Part shown: positions 26,285 to 40,085 of the stretch, in pieces
Numbering within the stretch: position 1 is the first letter of the stretch
Layout: each line of letters starts with the position of its first letter
From: Octopus vulgaris
Lineage: Eukaryota
Assembly: GCA_951406725.2 (NCBI GenBank)
Contig: OX597817.1
Location: 131,626,001 to 131,690,000, forward strand
Direction of reading: 5' to 3'
Length of the DNA: 64,000 nt
Position numbers and translations under genes: made by a program
The notes under the pieces: model-generated
Told to the model about the DNA's origin: nothing
Database searches by the model: none
Seen by the model: the letters and a program-made list of their open reading frames with translations, nothing else

Positions 26285-26982
26285 GCACATATATTTCCAC
26301 AGACATACGCACACACATGAAAGCTGCAAATCTGGTTAGGCGCGCTACGCTTTAGTGATGCGATTGCGTTCACCTAGTAAAAAGCAGGTATTGTTTTCTT
26401 TGATGTGCTTCACACTTCAGACTTTCAAGTTCCAACTGATAAATACTAAAAAATATCATTAAATGTTTTTAGGAGAGGAAGAAAGTGGAAGCCTAATGCT
26501 TGAACGAGTATTTTAGTTGTTAATATAAGTTTCTTAAGAGCTCATTCAATGACCAAACCTTGATACCTAGCTCCTGGTAGTTACAATTCACAATCACACG
26601 GAAAAGTTTCTGACTTGTATTTTATATCATAAGCAGTAAGCACCGTAAAGAAATACTCAAGTCGAGAAGCACTTTTCTAATATAATTACATAATTAGTAA
26701 AGTAGCAAGCGAGCAGAACCATTAACGTATCTCGTAGAAGTTCAGTGTATATTTGTGCACCGCCAGTGAAAATACAAAACAAACATACCTCTAATAAGCA
26801 AAAAACAAAAGAAAAAAGAAAGGACTTGCATAAACTGATGAAGTCGAACAATTATTGAATTGTTGATACAGAAATTTATTGTCCTGAATTGAAGTTTACA
26901 TCCCTGTGTTATTTAATAAATTTTATCTACTATTCGCAAGGCTATTGAGAGCTAGCTCCTTTGTCGTCACATTGGTTTGTCG

Positions 26983-27034
<52 letters not shown>

Positions 27035-27109
27035 GTATATATATGCATATATATATGCATCTATATATATATATATATGTATGTATATATATATATATAT
27101 ACATATGTA

Positions 27110-28300
27110 CAACCTGTTACATGGTCGGGTCGTCTGCGACTAAACTGGCAACCCCACGAGGCTTGCTTGGTGAGGCGGGTGTTTCTTGGACACCTTGCAG
27201 GACAAAAAAAGATAGGACATGTCAAAGGGCGGAAGAACTACAGCGTAGTCAACGGCTATCCAACGCTCTGCTGCCTTGTAGATAGACTTTTTCGTCAAAG
27301 GCTCCGGGTGGGGTCTCCTAAGCTAACCCCCTATTCTGGCCTAGGCAACCGGGTAGTATAGTCCTACTGAAAACCATGGATCCTTTTCTCTGTTTCACCA
27401 TGGTTTGGATGGCATGGGCAGGAGGGGCTCGTCAGCCATGGTTGGCAACCCTCCTAGGAGAGGATAACTCCGACATCAAACCTACGGCTCGATGATCTCG
27501 CTGTCACCGTCCCAGCTGGCTAGGCCATGGCAGATGAATCTCGTGCTTAAAGGGTGGGGCCAGTTTGCGCGCACTGCACTTCACCTTAAAAAACTCACTA
27601 GCGCAAGCCAAAGGACATATCCACGTTCTGCATCCTAAAAGCTCTTTGGCCTGGAGGTCAGCCTCAAGAAGACGGAGGTATTTCACCAACCTACACCCAA
27701 AGAGGAATACCGCCTAACCCACATCACTATCTGCGGTACCGAACTGAAATCAATACAGCAGTTTACATACCTGGGCTGCATCATCTCATCCGATGCAAGG
27801 ATCGATAAGAAAATTGACAATAAACTTTCTAAGGCAAATAGCTCCTTTGGCAGATTGTACGAACGTGTTTGGCACAATGGTGGCCTGAAGAACAATACAA
27901 AGATCAGTGTCTACAGGGCCGTGGTTCTCACCACTCTTCTCTATGGCTCAGAGACCTGGATCACTTACCGCAGTCATATCCGTCTCCCCGAGCGCTTCCA
28001 CCAGCGATGTCTCCGCACCATCCTCAACATTCACTGGAGTGACTTCGTCACAAACATTGATGTCTTGGAGCGGGCCGAGATCCCCAGCATTGAAGCCACG
28101 CTGCTGAAGTAACACCTCCGATGGGCAGGGCATGTCTCCAGAATGGAGAACCATCGCCTTCCAAAGATTGCCTTGTTTGGCGAACTCTCCACCGGCCACC
28201 GAGTGAGAGGAGCTCCGAGGAAGCGCTACAAAGACTGCCTCAAGAAGTCTCTAATAGCTTGTCAAATTAACAACCAATGCTGGTCAGACCTGGTCAGACC
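27110..28300 (+). mobile_element. Internally deleted RTE-clade LINE (5' UTR plus RT C-terminus)
   Basis: FTYLGCIIS, KISVYRAVVLTTLLYGSETW and FHQRCLRTIL at ~27650-28260. The 5' part matches the RTE-derived elements at 1396 and 46535. The endonuclease and most of the RT are absent. Confidence 0.85.
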
Positions 28301-28495
28301 TGGCTATTTGAAAACGTTATGAAAAAATACCGTTAAAAATGAAGGGAAATTACTCTGTTATAACTCTGCTTTGCCTGCGTACTTATACATCGCTCGCATT
28401 TTTCGTCATAAAAATTATATAAAAATACATAAAAATATATAAAAATATATAAAAATATATAAAATCTTCTTGGGACATAACACAGAAAGCATGTT

Positions 28496-29403
28496 CTATC
28501 CGTTTTCTTTAGGGGACCAAAAACGTAACAGAAATTTAGTCACATGTGGGCATGATCCGAAAAGCTCTGTCCTTGTATTTAGACATGTGGTAGGGTCTAA
28601 GCTGCTTTTCCAGATAAGCCATCTCTCCATGTCGCATAAACCGTACCTTCCGCTGCCGTTAGTATAGGGCTTACATCTGGCCAAAATCTTCCATTGTATG
28701 TTATAATCGACACCTTTATCTCTTAAAGACCAAATATGATTGGATAATTGTGTCGCTTTTCTTTGTTCCAGTGCCTAAAGCTCAAAGTGTGGTTATTGAA
28801 CCTGGCCTTGAAATTACCCTCTGTCAGGCCCACGTATTTCTTCGTCGAAACGGTGTCTTTAGTGGTTATAGAGTTTACGGTAGCTTCATATATGATGGTC
28901 TTGGACATGCAAGCTCCATTTAGCGGGCACAATTCTTTATTCCTGCATGAACAGCTGTTTTCTTCTTGTGTTTTTTGTATGTTATAATTGATTATGTTTT
29001 TAAAATTGGTAGTTGAACTAAAACTAATTTTTAAATTGTGTCTATTGAAGAGTTTCCTATAAGCATGGTTAACTGGAAAATGTCTATCTATCAGTGCTAG
29101 GAAATATTTACCTATATTGAAGGCCACCTCGGGTGAGTAAGGGGGCGTAAACCAGATGACCTTCATATTTCTATTATTCCTTTTCCTTATTGTTGGGCTG
29201 GTGATAGGTGTATATTTTATTTTTTCGCTAAAACCACTATCTTTTAAAGCTTTATTATAAACTGGGGCAACGCTATTGAAGATGTCCTCATTAGATGAGA
29301 GGCTAGAAATCCTCTTACTAATATTTTTAACTAAATTTTTGAATACTATAGGGGGATGGCATGAACCTACATTAATATAACTTAGTCTATCATTGGGCTT
29401 CAT
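28496..29403 (-). mobile_element. Penelope-like element fragment: RT thumb/linker plus GIY-YIG endonuclease, frameshifted
   Basis: SCHPPIVFKN, WFTPPYS, CSCRNKELCPLNGAC, IIYEA...KYVGLTEGNFKARFNNH, then WKILARCKPY...LC..E..LI...LNTRTEL...CPH. Confidence 0.9.
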
Positions 29404-29603
29404 TGCGGAAAAATGATGGTAAATTTTTTAAAAATCATAGACTCATCGTAGACGCGCGCTAATACCCGGAAGGGCTCGATATGAATGACGACTATAAGAT
29501 ACCGCTTTTGGTTAAACTGCACCGCAAAATGTGGGAGTAGTCAGGAATCTAAATCGGAGGAGACAGAGTCTCACACACACAACTTCAATTTTATATATAA
29601 AGA
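29404..29603 (-). mobile_element. Possible non-autonomous Helitron-like 5' end
   Basis: The minus strand begins ATCTTTATATATAAAA followed by short GT repeats, as in Helitron 5' TC ends; no 3' hairpin/CTAG identified. Confidence 0.4.
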
Positions 29604-29621
29604 TATATATATATGCATATG

Positions 29622-29852
29622 AAGTCGCATGGCTAAATGGTTAGAGCGTCGAAATGAGTTGCGACGTCACTGGTGCCAAGCTGTATCGGCCCCTTTGTCT
29701 TTCCTTTGGATAACACCAGTGATTTCGAGAGGGGAGACTGGTATGCATGGGCGACTGCTGGTCTTCCATAAACAACCTTGCCCGGACTTGTGCCTGGGCA
29801 GGTAACTTTCTAGGTGCAATCCCATGGTCAGTCATGACCGAAGGGTGTCTCA
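29622..29852 (+). mobile_element. tRNA-derived SINE (family D), internally deleted
   Basis: atggctaaatggttagagcgtc joined directly to gaaatgagttgcgacg; the rest is an inverted match to 30008-30207. Confidence 0.8.
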
Positions 29853-29854
29853 GC

Positions 29855-29913
<59 letters not shown>

Positions 29914-30007
29914 AGTGTATGTGTGTGCGTGCGCGCGCGCGTGTGTGTGTATGTATATATATATGCATATATGTGTGTGTGTATATATATTTACATACTT
30001 ACATACC

Positions 30008-30333
30008 TTGACCCCCTTCGGTCATGAATGACCATGGGATTGCACCTAGGAAGTTACCCTCCTAGACACAAGTCCGGGCAAGATTGTTTTTATGGAAGGC
30101 CAGCAGTCGCCCATGCATACCGGCCTCCCCTCTCCACGCCACCAGTGTTATCCAAGGGAAAACAAAGGTCGATACAGCTTGGCACCAGTGACGTCGCAAC
30201 TCATTTCTACAGCTGAGTGAACTGGAGCAACGTGAAATAAAGTGCCTTGCTCGAGAACACAACACGCAGCCCGGTCCGGGATTCGAGCTCACAACCTCAC
30301 GATCGTAAGCTCGACGCTCTAACCACTGAGCCA
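30008..30333 (-). mobile_element. tRNA-derived CORE-like SINE (family D), full length
   Basis: A-box gtggctcagtggtt, B-box gctcgaatccc, then tcgagcaaggcactt. Confidence 0.85.
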
Positions 30334-30689
30334 CACACTCATACATATATATGTATATGTTTGTATACACATATACGCACACACACACACGCATATACAT
30401 ATATAAGCAAGATTTCAAAATGAGGAATGAATAATATGCATCTTCAAAATTTATTTATTAAAGCCTTTTCTTCATATATTCCAACACATGTTTCTACTGG
30501 GTAACTGTCTTTGTTCCTTTCACGCACCCGCATAAAGCTATTTAAGATTGTCCACCTTTAAATCCAAACGTGCAGTAGAACTGATTTAATGTAGGTCAGC
30601 TAAATGAGCAAAACTGTTATAACAAACGACACTAGGACACTTAGTCAACAGAAACACGTGTCTGAATATTAATACGAAGAAAAGGGATA

Positions 30690-30856
30690 ACTGCATTTCA
30701 TCCGTCTTATTACGTTCTGTATTCAAATTCCAAGTTCGACTTCGTCTTTCATTGTTTCGCGGTCATAAAGTAAGTCCCATTAGAGTACTGGAGTCGATGT
30801 AATCGAGTTATCTCATACTCTGATATTGCTGGCCTTGTTCCACAATTTGAAACCAT
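30690..30856 (+). mobile_element. Diverged SINE family A
   Basis: ttacgttctgtattcaaattcc...tcgacttcgtctttcat. Confidence 0.6.
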
Positions 30857-31059
30857 TGTTGCATGATCAGTAGTGATGTTAATGTTCATTACTTAAACTC
30901 ATCTTTTGATATTGTGGGCAAAACCTCAAAATAATTGTTCTGATATGAATGTCAGTGACTAAAGTATTTACTTAATTTTGCGATATCTAGCCAGCTTGAA
31001 TTAAATTAGTATACGCAGTTGAAAGTACCTCAGATCAAAATTCCGGTGTATTATTTTTA

Positions 31060-31211
31060 ATCTTTACTGCCCACCGGGGGCTAAACATAGAAAGGACAAA
31101 GACAGACAAAAGGATTAAGTCGACGACATCAACTCCAGTGCGAAACTGATACCTATTTAATCGACCCCGAAAGGATGAAAGGGAAAGTCGACCTCGGTGG
31201 AATTTGAACTC

Positions 31212-31212
<1 letters not shown>
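31060..31212 (-). mobile_element. SINE family A unit A
   Basis: Core plus tail A. Confidence 0.8.
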
Positions 31213-31309
<97 letters not shown>

Positions 31310-31310
<1 letters not shown>

Positions 31311-31445
31311 AAGCTTTCTTCCCAGCCACAAGATTCCAGATTCAGTCTCACTGCATAGCATCTTTGGAAAGTGTCTTCTACTATAGCCTCGGTTCGACCA
31401 AATCTATGTGAGGGATTTAGCAGACGGAAACTGAAAGAAACTCGT

Positions 31446-31487
<42 letters not shown>

Positions 31488-31575
31488 TTAAAATTACTAA
31501 GTCTCTATGGAGCTGACCAGCGGCAGCGATTATTCTTATATCTATAAGAATGCCATATTAATATGGAGATAACAA

Positions 31576-31649
<74 letters not shown>

Positions 31650-31870
31650 TTTTTGACTATGTTTGTTCCTCCACCACTTGATAACCAGTGTTGGTTAATT
31701 TGCGTCCCTGTAACCCAGCTGTTCGGCCAGAGACACCGACAGAATAAGTCCAGAGTTTTAAAAACAGACAAACACTGTGGTCGACTCGTTCGAATCAAAT
31801 TCTTCAATGTCATGCCACAGCATGGCCGCAGACTAACGACTGAAATAATTAAGCAATAAAACTAAAAGGA
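31310..31870 (+). mobile_element. SINE family C with internal microsatellite and 3' tail
   Basis: gtgtcttctactatagcctcgg...gacggaaactgaaagaa; tail ends cagcatggccgcag. Confidence 0.7.
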
Positions 31871-32431
31871 TAAAATATCCTGTGACTGCCAACCCTTTTC
31901 CTATAAGTGTTGTTTCTGTTTTCTCACCCACAGCAAAGACGTTTCATTTCGATGATTCCAGTCAGAGATAGATTTTCGCTTCTCTCTTGTAATATTTCAA
32001 TCCTCTCCAGTAGCTATTAACCTTTGAATATATGAAATATCATATTGCCAATATTTTACTCTACTGAAACCAAAGAATTGACCAATTATTTAGATACAAC
32101 ACTGATTGTAAATAACCAATCGGAATTTATGGAAACGTGCGTGCGAAAAATAATAGATTATCGATATTTATCGAAAGAAACGTTAGAGCGCCGGATTAAA
32201 TTCTTTACGGAATTTTACAGAAATTCTATCATATCGTCGTATAATAAAGACGATTCTTAAGAAATGGTAAATCATTTTCCTCTCGAAGAGTACTTCTTCG
32301 TTAGGTCATGTTGGTTTCCGGTATGGCAGTCGGGGAGAATCAAAGCAATGCTAGCACCGTGTTTGTGTATAACAAGTACGAGGCGATGTTAGAAGAATCT
32401 CGAAAGAAACAGTTTGGACGGGTTGTTGTTG

Positions 32432-32502
<71 letters not shown>

Positions 32503-32971
32503 AGTGAAGCAACGAATGCAACATCAGCAAAGAGTGGATGTGGTTATAAGAAAATGAAATGATTAAAATATGGCTATTGATTAAATAAATGTAAAGAGAC
32601 TGGGAAGAAAGACAACGGCAGGAAATGGTCGGTCTTCGCAACATCACATCTAAGCATTGCTCAGTCGAGTGCATAATTATCGAATCCCAAAAGAAGCATC
32701 AAAAGATATTTTGATTTCAGGCCACTTTTACTCACACAGAACCGAGAGAGAGAGAGGGAAAGAGAGAGAAAGGGAGAGAAAGTGAGAGAGAGATAGAGAG
32801 GGAGAGAGAGGAAGAGAGAGAGAGGTTATCCTTATATTTATAGAATTGAGTTATGATCAGTTTTAAACACCACCATAAATGTCTTCACTCTTTGTTTGAT
32901 TCAACTACTAATGCTATTGTTGTTGTTGTTATTATTATTATTGTTGTTGTTATTATTATTATTATTATTAC

Positions 32972-33010
<39 letters not shown>

Positions 33011-33749
33011 CGTTATTATTGTTATTGGTTTTGTTGTTCTTCTTGCTGTTGTTATTATTGTCGTTGTTGATTTGTTGCTGTCATCATCATCACCATCACC
33101 ACCACCACCACCACCACTGCCCCCAGCCTCACCACCATCACCATCAACCCCCACCATCATCTTATTATAGTTGATTTTGGGGGGTATTTTTTTCTTTTAG
33201 TATTATTATTCATAGGAGAATGATTTTTATTATATTTTTATAGATAGCTCGAGTGGTTGTCTAGCTCCTTTATGTTATTTTTATCGAGAAACACTGATGT
33301 ATATACGCGGATGTATTTGTGTGTTTTACAGGTTCATATAAAGATGGATACATTACGAATAGGTGTAACCCTGATGCATCCAGCCAAGCATGATAATCGT
33401 GAAGAAAGAAAACTTCCATATCAGACGCGACTATACAATACCGATTCGAAAATAAACAAATGAAGAGATAAATGCGAAGTGTTGTATAAAATGAAAAGGG
33501 GTATGACGTGGAGGTGTGGTGCAGAAGGGTATTTTTATAATATATTTCAAGTAACCAGACCTCTGTTCAGAAGACGTATGATATATAAACCTGCAAGAGA
33601 TTGTAAAAAATTATTATTTATGTAGGATATATTACAAAATATATTCTCATTTGTCAAAACATCAATTCGTAAATCATTATGTATATGCGAGTGTGTGCGT
33701 GAGTGTATGCGTGTATGAATATATGTATGTATGTACGTATGTATGTATG

Positions 33750-33841
<92 letters not shown>

Positions 33842-33871
33842 CATATATATGCATGCAAATGTAAATAATTA

Positions 33872-33917
<46 letters not shown>

Positions 33918-34045
33918 GAGAGAAAGAGAGAATAACATCTCTATCGAACATGGCTTAAAAAGAAACGACTAAGTTCAATTTTGATGCTTTTATTAAGGAC
34001 TTTCGGTTCTCCTTATTCATCTTTTACATTTATTTGCGAACATGC

Positions 34046-34126
<81 letters not shown>

Positions 34127-34544
34127 AGCCTTTAGGCTTGCCTATGTGTTGACCGCTAACTCCACAAGTTTTTTTTCTTATTCTCTTTCTGTTTATTTCG
34201 TCGTGTTGCCTTCTGTTGAAGAGCGTAAGATTGAAACGTAAAAGACTCTTTCACCTTCCCAAGCGTCAAACTAATACACCCGTCTTCGTCTTTCGTTTTT
34301 CTGTAAATTCCAACTATGTATGCATGTTTGTATGTGTTTGCCTCTTTGTGAGTGTATATGTATATGTGTCCATGTGTGAATACGCGTGAAATAGATGAAG
34401 TAACAACAAAGAAATTTACATGGAAAGTTCGCACAAGTGTAGATGCACAAATATAATCCCTACATCAGTTGTCAACTGGCAGTCATCACAATTTCAGCAC
34501 TTAATATATTGTTGTTGACTGCAATGTCACATGTAGTATATTTT

Positions 34545-34745
34545 CATCATCATCATCATTGTTCGACCGTGGTCGAGACAATGGAATTTACCATGCTACG
34601 CCAGACTTCACGGTCCATCATGGCATTACAGAGGTCCTGTTGCTGGATGCCTGTATCCCTGGAGATTACATCGGGGTAGGAGAGTGTGCGCCCTCTGGTA
34701 TTGCGAGTAGATGGCTTCCAGAGGAGAAGAGTAGAAATTACTTCT
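34545..34745 (-). mobile_element. RTE LINE extreme 3' fragment (same family as 17423-18645)
   Basis: Closely matches 17430-17615; (ATG)n tail and terminal hairpin tcgacc-gt-ggtcga. Confidence 0.85.
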
Positions 34746-36615
34746 TGTTGTAGAGCTGAAAAAGAAGTATATTTTAGCTGTCGAGATATAGATTTATGGA
34801 CACGGACAAAGACATAAAAAATTAGTATGAAATGTTCGTAGCTGACAAAAAAACAAACAAAAAAAAAAGGATAAGAAGTACCTCAGTAAAAGAAACTCTG
34901 AGAATATTAGAAATCTTTCGACCAAAACGATAATTTGTTCAAAGAACGGGAAAAGCATGAAACGAAACGAATAGGGTAATATGAAATAAATATAGAATAT
35001 CACATGTAAAAGATAAATTTTTGATAGATGTGTTATGAAATGAAAATATCAAGGAGTTAATTTCTGCAAAATGGTCTTTCGACGTAGACGATGAATGTAA
35101 AACGCAAATATGCACTGAGGGATGTGTATAACCTTCCGATCTCAAAACCAAAACAAGAGAGATAAATAAAAGGACGTCGTTGCTTCCGTTGTGAAGAGAA
35201 GAAAAGGTTTATTAAAAAGAAAGGAAATTATGACAAGAAAGGTGGTAGTGTCATATCAGACAGAAGAAACAACGACCTTTTATCCGTCACCAACCTCGGC
35301 ACATAAAACCACTGATAAGATTAGAAAAGGTTTTCTCTACTTGAAAGAATTAAGGCTTCGTATTAAACTTGAAACTGACCTAAAAGATGGCAAATTTTTA
35401 TGTTAACTATTTTACGAGTGCTGTTTTCTGGAATTTTCTACCCATTTCTGAACGTTCTGAAACCTAATGAAATCTATTTACATATATTCTAATAATATTA
35501 TTTGAATCAACTATGTCCCCTTACTATAACGAAATTCTCATGATGGCTGGTTTTAATTAGAAAATAATTCATATGTTCCACTCATCTTGTATTACAAATA
35601 TATATAACAAACCACCGCGGTGCTCTCCTAATCGACCAGTCATAGAAAAGTCTCCTCACCGGCGATGGCACTATGTAAAATTTTAGGCCCAATAAGGCCT
35701 ATGCCACACGTCATATGATCCAGAGAGAAGTCAGTGCAAGATATCCAATGTCAATAAGTGTCGCAATACTCAGGGAAATGGGACCATCATGACCTCAAGC
35801 ACAAACACAAGATCCCCACAAGTCTAATGCCATTTCCTACATATCTGGTTTTATATGAAACAGGCCTCCTCCTAGAGATATGCTTTAACAAAAGCTGGGA
35901 GATATCTCACTGCTGGTATCCAACACACCTGAAACCAGACCAGAATTACTAAGGTCTTGTGATATTGCTAGATCATCGTTGAACCTACCCTAGGTTCATT
36001 CACCTTTTTTGACACGTCTTGTTTTTATTCCAGATGGGTCTGTAGCAACCTTCCTCACCAGGAAAGCATAGTGGGGAGTCGCTGACAAACCGACATACAT
36101 GCATACATACATACATAGCTTCTACATTCAGGCTATAAATTTATATTTATACAATATATACATGTACATATATACATGCTGCCGAAGTCTTCTGACTACA
36201 TGGTAAAAAGGCTTTTAGTTCTGTTCTTTTATTACTCAGCAAGTTCTAACTGCTATAGTCGATACCTTTCAGAATGTTACACTAACACTACAAAGATATT
36301 GATAAGAACTGAAGCTATTGGTAGAGTCACCAACAGAATTCGGTTGCTAACAGAAATAATTCAAGATGGCAGTTTATCTGTAATGTTTTTGGCCTCCATG
36401 GTGATTCCTTTGCCAGGCGCTGATAAGGAAAGCACAAGCTACATTAAAGGTTCTACAGAGAAGGGGAAAAGGTATTGGTCACTCCCCTGCAAATTCTAAC
36501 ATGTAATGTACAGCCAATTAAAACCTGCAGGTCAGTGAATAGTTCTTATATACAGAAAAAATACGCATTGCGTTTATTTGGGGTCAACAGTACGCGCGCG
36601 CGAGCGCGTGTGTGT

Positions 36616-36650
<35 letters not shown>

Positions 36651-36858
36651 TGTGTGTATGTGTATCTGTATGCGCATGTATGTATATATGTACGTATATA
36701 TATATATATACGTATATATATATATTTGTATATGTTTGTGTATCTGTATATGCATGTATGTATATGTTTCTGTATATACGTATACATATGTATATGTGCG
36801 TGCGTCTGTTTGTACGTTTGTGTGTATGTGCGTGTGTATATATATACGTATATATATT

Positions 36859-36890
<32 letters not shown>

Positions 36891-37174
36891 CCTGTGTGTG
36901 TATGTATGTATATGTGTATGGGTGTACTTGTATGCGTGTACGTGTGTGTATCTGTATGTGTATGCTTTTATAAATGCATATATATACGTATATTTATATG
37001 TATATATGTGTATATGTATCTGCATGAGCATGTGTGTATATATGTATATATATGTATATCTGCGTTTGCGTGTGTACGCGTCTATGTGTGTAAGTATATA
37101 CACATATCTTTATAACGGAAAACGTGCGAATGATGTATGCACGTATACACATGTATACACACACACACACACAT

Positions 37175-37220
<46 letters not shown>

Positions 37221-37372
37221 ACACACACGCGTATACACATCGCTTCAATGATTCATGTTGAAAGAGTGAAAGAAGAGTGCTGAATGTATGTTGCAGAGCA
37301 TATGGTCTTTTAGAATGTGAAACTGAGAACATACATCTCGCGACTCGAGGTTTAGTTTCATTAATAAAAGAA

Positions 37373-37476
<104 letters not shown>

Positions 37477-37534
37477 AATCTACCTGTCGGATAAACCTCA
37501 TCTTGGTTTTTACATTTTTAAAATTCTTCTGTGA

Positions 37535-37686
37535 TACACGATCCCTATTGATCACCTTTTTTTCCCGATCCATTTTGATCGAAATTTTACATTTTTTCCC
37601 CTCTTTCTTTTTCATTTTCGAAAAGGAAAGCTCTACATTTGTATTTTCCCCCTCTGTGTTCAGCCTTGTGTGGCCAATAAAGAAAG

Positions 37687-37740
<54 letters not shown>
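37535..37740 (+). mobile_element. Retroelement 3' end with (TATC)n tail (second copy of 130-265)
   Basis: See 130-265. Confidence 0.5.
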
Positions 37741-37742
<2 letters not shown>

Positions 37743-38671
37743 GCGTGTGTTTGTGCATTTACATGCATACTGTTTATAGAGAAAACGACATAGAACACAC
37801 ATTACAAGGCGTAAAATATAATTAAGTGTACTATTCTGATATAGTCCAAGTTCCACGATGTATAGATGAAGCAGACGACACGTATATATACTAAAATTGA
37901 TGAAAACCCATTAAAAAATTAGTTAAAATCTTCTACAAAAATATTTTCAAATTATTGAATAACACAGACCCGATTGCTGATAGGAAGGTATTGAAGCGCT
38001 TTCGCCCGTGATTGACTCTTCACAACTCATGGTTTAAACTAAGCTTGCTTTTCCGTGATATTATCATTTTTGCAACTATGCGTGTTATCGGTAGTTAGTG
38101 TCTGTGGTTTTAAATCCGGAAGGAAGAAGGTCTCTATGAAATATTCTTCGTTAACTTCTCATAGTATTTCTTTACTGTCATCAATTCTGGAAAAAAGTGA
38201 GAGCAATGTTTTGAATAACGTGACTACCATTTACAAGGGGCAGCAATACCAACAACAGCAGCAGCACCACCACCACCACCACCAATTTCTTGGGAGAAAA
38301 TTCGTGTTCGATGTATAGACTACTCTGGTAATCATACATAAAGTGCCCCCTTTCGGACACAACTGGAACCGTTCAAAGGGAGACAATTCCATCAATTCGT
38401 TGCGAAGAATTTCGTTCCAATTTCTTTTTCCTCTTGTTAGGACCTTGCTTACCAAGATTTTTACTCTTACCTCTATTAGTAAATAAGGTTATGTGCCTCT
38501 CACCAACGCGCCGGGTGAGTGTCTATTATTACTAAGAGCAATAAGAGACGCCAATCCCCAAACCAATGGTCACTTTCTGACCGGCCGTATCCTAAAACAT
38601 TTTTGTTCAAAGAAATTGTGTTTTAGTGTGCTTGTCTTCGGACTTAAAAGCAAAGGACTAATATCTATCTA

Positions 38672-38860
<189 letters not shown>

Positions 38861-39039
38861 GTCTGTCTATCTATCTATCTATGTATCTATCTATCTATCT
38901 GTCTGTCTGTCTATCTGTCTATCTGTTTGTCTGTTTGTCTGTCTATTATAATCATACACACACGAACACATGCGAGCGTGCACACAACATACACACACAT
39001 ATATGCGCATATTTAATATATAATATATGCATACGTATG

Positions 39040-39100
<61 letters not shown>

Positions 39101-39104
<4 letters not shown>

Positions 39105-39210
39105 CAATCAAGGAACGGCCATAATAGGCCATTCACCCACTAGAAATAACAGCCAAAATACGTATTTCTAGTGGGTGAATGGCCTATTATGGCCGTTCCT
39201 TGATTGCGAT
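39101..39210. repeat. Perfect hairpin with 48-bp arms and a 14-nt spacer
   Basis: 39101-39148 is the exact reverse complement of 39163-39210. Confidence 0.95.
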
Positions 39211-39308
39211 GTTGAACTTAAAAATGGTTTATGACTATTTAATTTTTTCCCACTAGGCCGCTGGTGGCAAAAGAATTCTACAAAATTTTTTTGCCACCCT
39301 ATATTGAT

Positions 39309-39343
<35 letters not shown>

Positions 39344-39344
39344 T

Positions 39345-39662
39345 CGTTTAGGCTTAGCAGTCCTACCTGTTTGTTTTCACTGTCCTTTTTGTGTTACCTA
39401 TTTTGACCCTCCGCAAAAATCTCAAATTTTATTTAATTTGCTTTGCGGGACCAAATGTTTTATCGAAAGCGTATATTGTTGTTAAATGCTCGAAATACGA
39501 GACTAGAAAAATAGCCAACAACTGCTGAAGCGTCGTTCTTTATGTTTTTTGTTTTGTTTTCCATTTGTGTCTTTCGTTGTTCGAAAGAATAGTTCATGTT
39601 CCATGTACTCTTGCTTCGTACTTTTTTGTTGTACACGTTTTGTGACGTCCAGTGCCCACATA

Positions 39663-39665
<3 letters not shown>
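39345..39665 (+). mobile_element. (TA)n-flanked dispersed repeat (family of 23275-23605)
   Basis: Pairwise similarity by eye. Confidence 0.6.
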
Positions 39666-39721
<56 letters not shown>

Positions 39722-39800
39722 ATAAATATTAGGGAATAAATCCAAATTTACAGGAAGTCTTTCCTTGTTTGTTTTGCAAAATAGTGGTTTTGTCTCTAAT

Positions 39801-39832
<32 letters not shown>

Positions 39833-40035
39833 GTATAGATGTAAATATGCACATATACGTATATATATATGCATATATCATTTATATTATATATATGTGT
39901 GTGTATTACACACACACACAAGGTAACATAAATGATCATTGTATACATTTATCACACACATCTTTTTCGTGTGTCTGACTGCCTATCTGTCTATCTGTCT
40001 CTCTGTCTCTCTCGCTTTCTCTCTGTCTTTCTCTT

Positions 40036-40085
<50 letters not shown>

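Noticed and set aside
26830-26870. CTGATGA as a hammerhead core
   Set aside because: No stem II or downstream GAAA..UH
35560-36530. Non-microsatellite sequence with short ORFs (35758, 36176)
   Set aside because: No recognisable motif or splice structure; probably old TE debris that cannot be assigned without a search
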